Of a DNA stretch of 64,000 nt, positions 59,693 to 64,000 are shown one piece after another. How positions within the stretch are numbered: the stretch's first letter is position 1; every line of letters starts with the position of its first letter. The stretch lies in contig JBDRCO010000046.1 in the NCBI GenBank assembly GCA_043821645.1, positions 87,560 to 151,559 of the forward strand. Direction: 5' to 3'. This DNA is from Pseudomonadota bacterium (GTDB taxonomy: Bacteria > Myxococcota > JACRCW01 > JAFGSX01). Position numbers and translations under genes: made by a program. Under the pieces are notes generated by a model. It did not search any database, was not told the origin of the DNA, and saw only the letters and a program-made list of their open reading frames with translations.

Positions 59693-60844
59693 GTGACCAC
59701 GCCCAGCCTGCGCGACGTCATCGAGAAGGCCTCGCTGGTGGTGTGCGTGGGGCCTGGCGGGGTGGGCAAGACCACGATCTCTGCCGTGCTGGCCCTGCAT
59801 GCAGCCGCCACCCGGCGTCGCGCGCTCGTGCTGACCATCGATCCTGCCCGGCGCCTGGCCGACGCCCTCAGCCTGCCCGGGCTGACCAACGACCCGGTGG
59901 CGATCACAGGTTTCGCCAAGATGCATCCTGGTGGCAGCCTGCACGCGCTCATGCTCGACCCCACCGCAACCTTTGACCACATGATCGCCATGCTGGTGCC
60001 CGACGAGGCGCGGCGCCAGGCCCTGCTCGCCAACCGCTTCTACCAGCACATGTCGCGCTCGCTGGCGGGAACCCTCGAGTACATGGCTGTCGAGCGCCTG
60101 CACACCCTGACCCGCAGCGGCGACTACAACGCCGTGGTGCTGGACACGCCGCCCACCACCAATGCCCTGGACTTCCTGGACGCCCCGGACCGCCTGGCGG
60201 TGTTCTTCAACGAGAAGATCATGCGCTGGTTCGTGCCAGGCGAGCGCGCGAGCAGCTGGACCGCGCGCCTGGTCGATCGCGCCGGCGCCACCGCCATGGG
60301 CTTGCTGAGCAAGGTGGCCGGTGAGGAGTTTGTCGACGAGACCCGCGGCTTTTTTTCGGCCTTCAGCGATCTGCTGGGTGACTTTCGCTCCCGCGGCGAG
60401 CGGGTCGGACGCCTGCTGCGCGATCCGAGCACGACCTTCATCGTGGTGACCTCGGCCGACGCCCAGCGCCTGGATGAGGCCCGAGAGATCGATCGCCGCC
60501 TGGGTCAGTCGGGGTGCCACGCTGGTGCCTTCGTGGTCAACCGGGTGGATTCGCCTTTTTTACCGCCGGACGTCGACGTGGAACGCGCGCTGAGCCAGGC
60601 CACCACCCTGCTCGGAGGGAGCAACGAACGCGAGCGGGTGCATGACTTCATCGAGCGCCTCGAGGTGCTGCGGCACTCGCGGGACGTCTCGGCCAGCCGG
60701 CATGCCGAGGCTGTGGACTTGCTGCGCGCCCAGGCCGGTGGCCGGCCCGTGTTCACCGCGCCGCGGGTCCCCGCGGGTCAGAGTCCACGCGCCTCGTTGC
60801 TCGCGATCTACCTGGGGCTTTTCGCCGACGCCGCAAGCGAGTAA
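59693..60844 (+). CDS. ArsA/Get3-family ATPase (BagB/Rv3680-like subunit)
   Basis: CVGPGGVGKTT, LTIDPARRLA, DTPPTTNALDFLDAP, VVNR. GTG start after GGGAG. Confidence 0.9.
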   Translation: MTTPSLRDVIEKASLVVCVGPGGVGKTTISAVLALHAAATRRRALVLTIDPARRLADALSLPGLTNDPVAITGFAKMHPGGSLHALMLDPTATFDHMIAMLVPDEARRQALLANRFYQHMSRSLAGTLEYMAVERLHTLTRSGDYNAVVLDTPPTTNALDFLDAPDRLAVFFNEKIMRWFVPGERASSWTARLVDRAGATAMGLLSKVAGEEFVDETRGFFSAFSDLLGDFRSRGERVGRLLRDPSTTFIVVTSADAQRLDEAREIDRRLGQSGCHAGAFVVNRVDSPFLPPDVDVERALSQATTLLGGSNERERVHDFIERLEVLRHSRDVSASRHAEAVDLLRAQAGGRPVFTAPRVPAGQSPRASLLAIYLGLFADAASE

Positions 60845-60890
60845 AAAGCACCTCTCCCGGTTATGGCAGCGGAGCTGTCGAGAAGGCTGG

Positions 60891-61949
60891 ATGCTTACCA
60901 ACATCAAGATCGAGAGCATCGGTGTGTACCTGCCACCAGGGCGGCTGACCACCGAGGAGCTGATGCAGCGCTGCCGCCACCGACCGCGCCTGGACCTGGA
61001 GCGCATCACGGGCATCCAGGAACGGCGGGTGGCCGAGGGCGAGTTCGGGGTCGACCTGGCCGTGCAGGCCGCGCAGCGCGCCCTAGCCATGTCGCGCTAC
61101 TCCGCCGGGGAGCTGGACCTGATCATCTGCACCAGCATCTGCAAGTACAACCGCGTACCCGAGGTCGAGTTCGAACCTGCGTCTGCCACCACGATCCGCC
61201 GTGCCATCGGCGCCGAGAACGCCCAGACCTTCGACGTGGTCAACGCCTGCGCCGGCATGTTCAACGGTGTGCTGCTGGCCCAGGCCTACATCCGCTCGGG
61301 CCAGGCACGAAGCGTGATGGTGGTCAGCGGCGAGTACAACTGGCCCCTGGCCGACAGTGCGACCCGCGAGATCCTGACCAGCTTTGACGGGCAGATGGCG
61401 GCCCTGACCCTGGGCGACTGCGGCGCGGCCTTGATCCTGGACGCCTGCGACGACGACGCGCACGGCTTTCGCTACCTGGAGATGGTGACCGGCGCCAAGC
61501 ACAACCACTTCTGCTACTCGGTCCCGTCGCGGCGTGGCACCGGCGGCATCCTGGTGACCAAGGCGCGCGGGCTGCAGCTCAAGGGCGCCGAGCACTTTCC
61601 CTTTTATCTGAAGAAGGCCGTGGATCGCTCGGGCTGGAGCATGGATCAGATCGACTTCGGCATCGCCCACCAGGTGTCGGTGCGCGGCATCAAGAACGGC
61701 ATCAAGGTGGTGAACCGATTTCTGGGCACCGAGGTGCCCCACCCCTACCTGCAGAACTGCGAGACCTACGGCAACACCACCACGACGAGCCACTTCCTGG
61801 TGATGCACGAGCACCTGCGCGATGGCACCTTGCAGCCCGGACACAAGCTGCTGTTCGTGAGCGGCGCCTCGGGCATCGTCATCACCCATGCCACCTACGT
61901 GCTGGATGATCTGGGCGAGCGCCTGCGCGCGAGCCTGGGGGAGGCGTGA
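60891..61949 (+). CDS. Ketosynthase III (FabH/OleA-like condensing enzyme), intact C-H-N triad
   Basis: TGIQERR, FDVVNACAG, LGDCGAA, AHQVS, YGNT. Confidence 0.9.
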   Translation: MLTNIKIESIGVYLPPGRLTTEELMQRCRHRPRLDLERITGIQERRVAEGEFGVDLAVQAAQRALAMSRYSAGELDLIICTSICKYNRVPEVEFEPASATTIRRAIGAENAQTFDVVNACAGMFNGVLLAQAYIRSGQARSVMVVSGEYNWPLADSATREILTSFDGQMAALTLGDCGAALILDACDDDAHGFRYLEMVTGAKHNHFCYSVPSRRGTGGILVTKARGLQLKGAEHFPFYLKKAVDRSGWSMDQIDFGIAHQVSVRGIKNGIKVVNRFLGTEVPHPYLQNCETYGNTTTTSHFLVMHEHLRDGTLQPGHKLLFVSGASGIVITHATYVLDDLGERLRASLGEA

Positions 61950-61951
61950 CC

Positions 61952-62830
61952 ATGCGCGCACGCATCGAGAGCCTGGGGGTCAGCTCTCCCCGTCGCCAGT
62001 GGGGCCGCGCCAGCTCGCTGGACCACGCCGTGCGCGCCGGTCGCGCCTGCCTGGAAGCCTCGCACTACCACCCCGAGGACGTGGCGGTGCTGATCAACGC
62101 GGGCGTGTACCGCGATCACCACTACGCCGAGCCGGCCTTCGCCTGTTTCATCCAGGAGCAGCTGGGTATCAATGTCGAGTTCCAGGGCCGGCAGACCCTG
62201 AGCTTCGACCTGCAGAACGGCGGCTGTGGCCTGCTCAGCGCCTGCCAGGCCATCACGGCCATGCTGCAGGCCGGCATGCTGCGCGTGGGTCTGGCCATCT
62301 CCTCCGAGGCCAACGCGGACAAGAATCCGGATCCCAGCTGGTGTTATCAGCCCAGCGGCGCGGCTCTGTTGCTCGACGTGTCGCCGCACGGCGATCGCGG
62401 CTTTGGCTCCTTCGTGTTCAGGACCCTGGACCAGCACCTGGAGCTGTACCGCTCGGCGGTGCGCCTGGACCGCAAGCATGGCGTGCTGCTGCTGCGCAAG
62501 GATGCGGCGGTGGAGCAGGTGTACCTGGAGGCGGCAGGCGAGGTCTTGAAGGCCGTCCTCGACGCTGAGGGGCTGGCGCGCAGCGATCTCGACCTGGTGA
62601 TCCCCGCCCAGATCTCGCCAGACTTCCTGCGCGCGTTGCCCGCGGCCATCGACATGGCACCGGACAAGATCGTCGACCTCGGCGCCGAGCTCGGCGACAC
62701 CCTGACCACCTCGTGGGCCCTGGCCCTGCACCGCGCCCGCGAGACGGGCCGGCTGAAGGACGGGCAGCGCGCGGCCATCCTCGCCTTCGGGTCGGGCGTC
62801 ACCCTGGGCGCGGCCATCTATCGCGCATGA
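61952..62830 (+). CDS. Ketosynthase III-like protein with degenerate triad (putative non-catalytic partner)
   Basis: EPAFA, FDLQNGGCG, GAALLL, IPAQIS (no His), LGDT (no Asn), AFGSG. Alternative GTG start at 61946. Confidence 0.8.
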   Translation: MRARIESLGVSSPRRQWGRASSLDHAVRAGRACLEASHYHPEDVAVLINAGVYRDHHYAEPAFACFIQEQLGINVEFQGRQTLSFDLQNGGCGLLSACQAITAMLQAGMLRVGLAISSEANADKNPDPSWCYQPSGAALLLDVSPHGDRGFGSFVFRTLDQHLELYRSAVRLDRKHGVLLLRKDAAVEQVYLEAAGEVLKAVLDAEGLARSDLDLVIPAQISPDFLRALPAAIDMAPDKIVDLGAELGDTLTTSWALALHRARETGRLKDGQRAAILAFGSGVTLGAAIYRA

Positions 62831-63318
62831 GTGCGGCGCTGCGTCGGCGCCTGGCCCTGGGCTGTCACGGCCTGGTCGTGCTCGGGCTGGCGCTCGCCGG
62901 CCTGCGCTATGGCCTGGCCACGCAGCCCATGCCCTACCACCTCGAACTGCTGGGTCGCCGCTGGCCAGAGATCCCGCTGCCCACGCAGACGCTGCTGCTG
63001 GCCCTGCTGCACGGCGCAGGAGCAGCCATGTTCGCCGGCAGCCTGGCGCTGGGAGTGCTGCTGGCCATCCCCTGGCGCCGTGGTGAACGCTGGGCAGGCC
63101 ACGCGGTGCCCGTGCTCGCCGCCGCAGGTTTGGCGCCCCTCCTCGTCATCACCGCGCAGTTGCGGGAGATGGGAGCCCGCACTCCATGGTGGCTGGTCGC
63201 CCTCGCCATGGCGCTGTCGCTCGCAGGCTGGGCGCTGGGCCCGGGCGCGCGCGACTTGCCAGGTCCCGAAGTGCCCGCCAAGATGGCCGATCACGACCCT
63301 GGTGACGGCCAACGATGA
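62827..63318 (+). CDS. Four-TM membrane protein of unknown function
   Basis: Four hydrophobic helices, MPYH and TPWW motifs. ATGA overlaps at both ends. Confidence 0.75.
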   Translation: MSAALRRRLALGCHGLVVLGLALAGLRYGLATQPMPYHLELLGRRWPEIPLPTQTLLLALLHGAGAAMFAGSLALGVLLAIPWRRGERWAGHAVPVLAAAGLAPLLVITAQLREMGARTPWWLVALAMALSLAGWALGPGARDLPGPEVPAKMADHDPGDGQR

Positions 63319-64000
63319 TGCAGACCCTGGATTCCATGTCCCCCACCCTGCGCGGCCTCGAAGACGTGGTGCGCTCGCGCGACCTGATCCTGGTCACGGG
63401 CAAGGGCGGCGTGGGCAAGAGCACGGTGGTGGCTGCACTGGCGATGCTGGCTGCGCGCCATCGGCGCGGCGCGGTGGCGGTGGAGATCGCGGCGCGCCCG
63501 CACCTGGACCAGCTGCTGCAGGCCGATGCCCGCATCGAGCTGTGCAACATCGACCTCGAACGCTCGCTGCCGCGGGTGCTCGGGCGCATGCTGCACTTGC
63601 CCGCCATCGTCGGGGTGGCGCTCAACAATAGGGTGCTGCGGCTGTTCGTGCGCACCTCACCGGCGGTGGTCGAGACCATCTACCTCGACGAGATCTACGA
63701 GCTGGTGCAGCAGAACGCGAAGCGGGACAGACCCGTGATCGTGGATCTGCCCGCCACCGGCCATGCCGTGACCCTGCTCGACACGCCGAGCTCGGTGCGG
63801 CGCATGCTGCGGGTGGGTCCTGTCGCTGCCAAGGCCGCGCTGATCGAGGCGCTGCTGTTGAACCCCCAGCGCTGCGAGCTGGTGGTGGTGGCCCTGCCCG
63901 AGGAGCTGCCGGTCAACGAGACCATCGAGCTGGTCCAGCGGGCTCGAGAGCTGGGGCTGTCCAGCCGCACGGTCGTCGTCAACCAGGTGCCGGTGTCCCT
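63315..64000 (+). CDS. ArsA/Get3-family ATPase (BagA/Rv3679-like subunit), truncated by window end
   Basis: Translated by hand: LVTGKGGVGKST, VDLPATGH, ALPEELPVNET, VVNQV. Confidence 0.88.
   Translation, partial: MMQTLDSMSPTLRGLEDVVRSRDLILVTGKGGVGKSTVVAALAMLAARHRRGAVAVEIAARPHLDQLLQADARIELCNIDLERSLPRVLGRMLHLPAIVGVALNNRVLRLFVRTSPAVVETIYLDEIYELVQQNAKRDRPVIVDLPATGHAVTLLDTPSSVRRMLRVGPVAAKAALIEALLLNPQRCELVVVALPEELPVNETIELVQRARELGLSSRTVVVNQVPVS

Noticed and set aside
59693-64000. Arsenic-resistance operon
   Set aside because: No arsB/acr3/arsC/arsR, the ATPases are single-domain, and the motifs match the BagAB-like group.

Overview
High-GC chromosomal window. Gene content (myxobacterial-type lipoproteins, DUF3857/TPR pair, FrzS-like pseudo-receiver coiled-coil protein, RpoH-family sigma) suggests Myxococcota/deltaproteobacteria; this is an inference. 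It holds about 50 CDS: glyS, acnA, sodB, fadH, deoC, nadK, yacG, an rpoH-like sigma, two ABC systems and many envelope proteins. It also has two tRNA-Ser genes and a 4.5S SRP RNA. I saw no integrase, transposase or CRISPR array. Most interesting: (1) a translationally coupled operon with an active + catalytically degenerate KAS III pair and a small membrane protein sitting between the two subunits of a BagAB/Get3-like ATPase pair; (2) a stand-alone, very divergent RelA/SpoT-synthetase-like nucleotidyltransferase; (3) DeoC with an N-terminal helix resembling a microcompartment encapsulation peptide plus a 4-Cys motif; (4) an unusually high number of apparent pseudo-enzymes; (5) a perfect 12-bp operator palindrome centred on a TetR start codon. 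All family assignments come from motifs read by eye; no database search was run.
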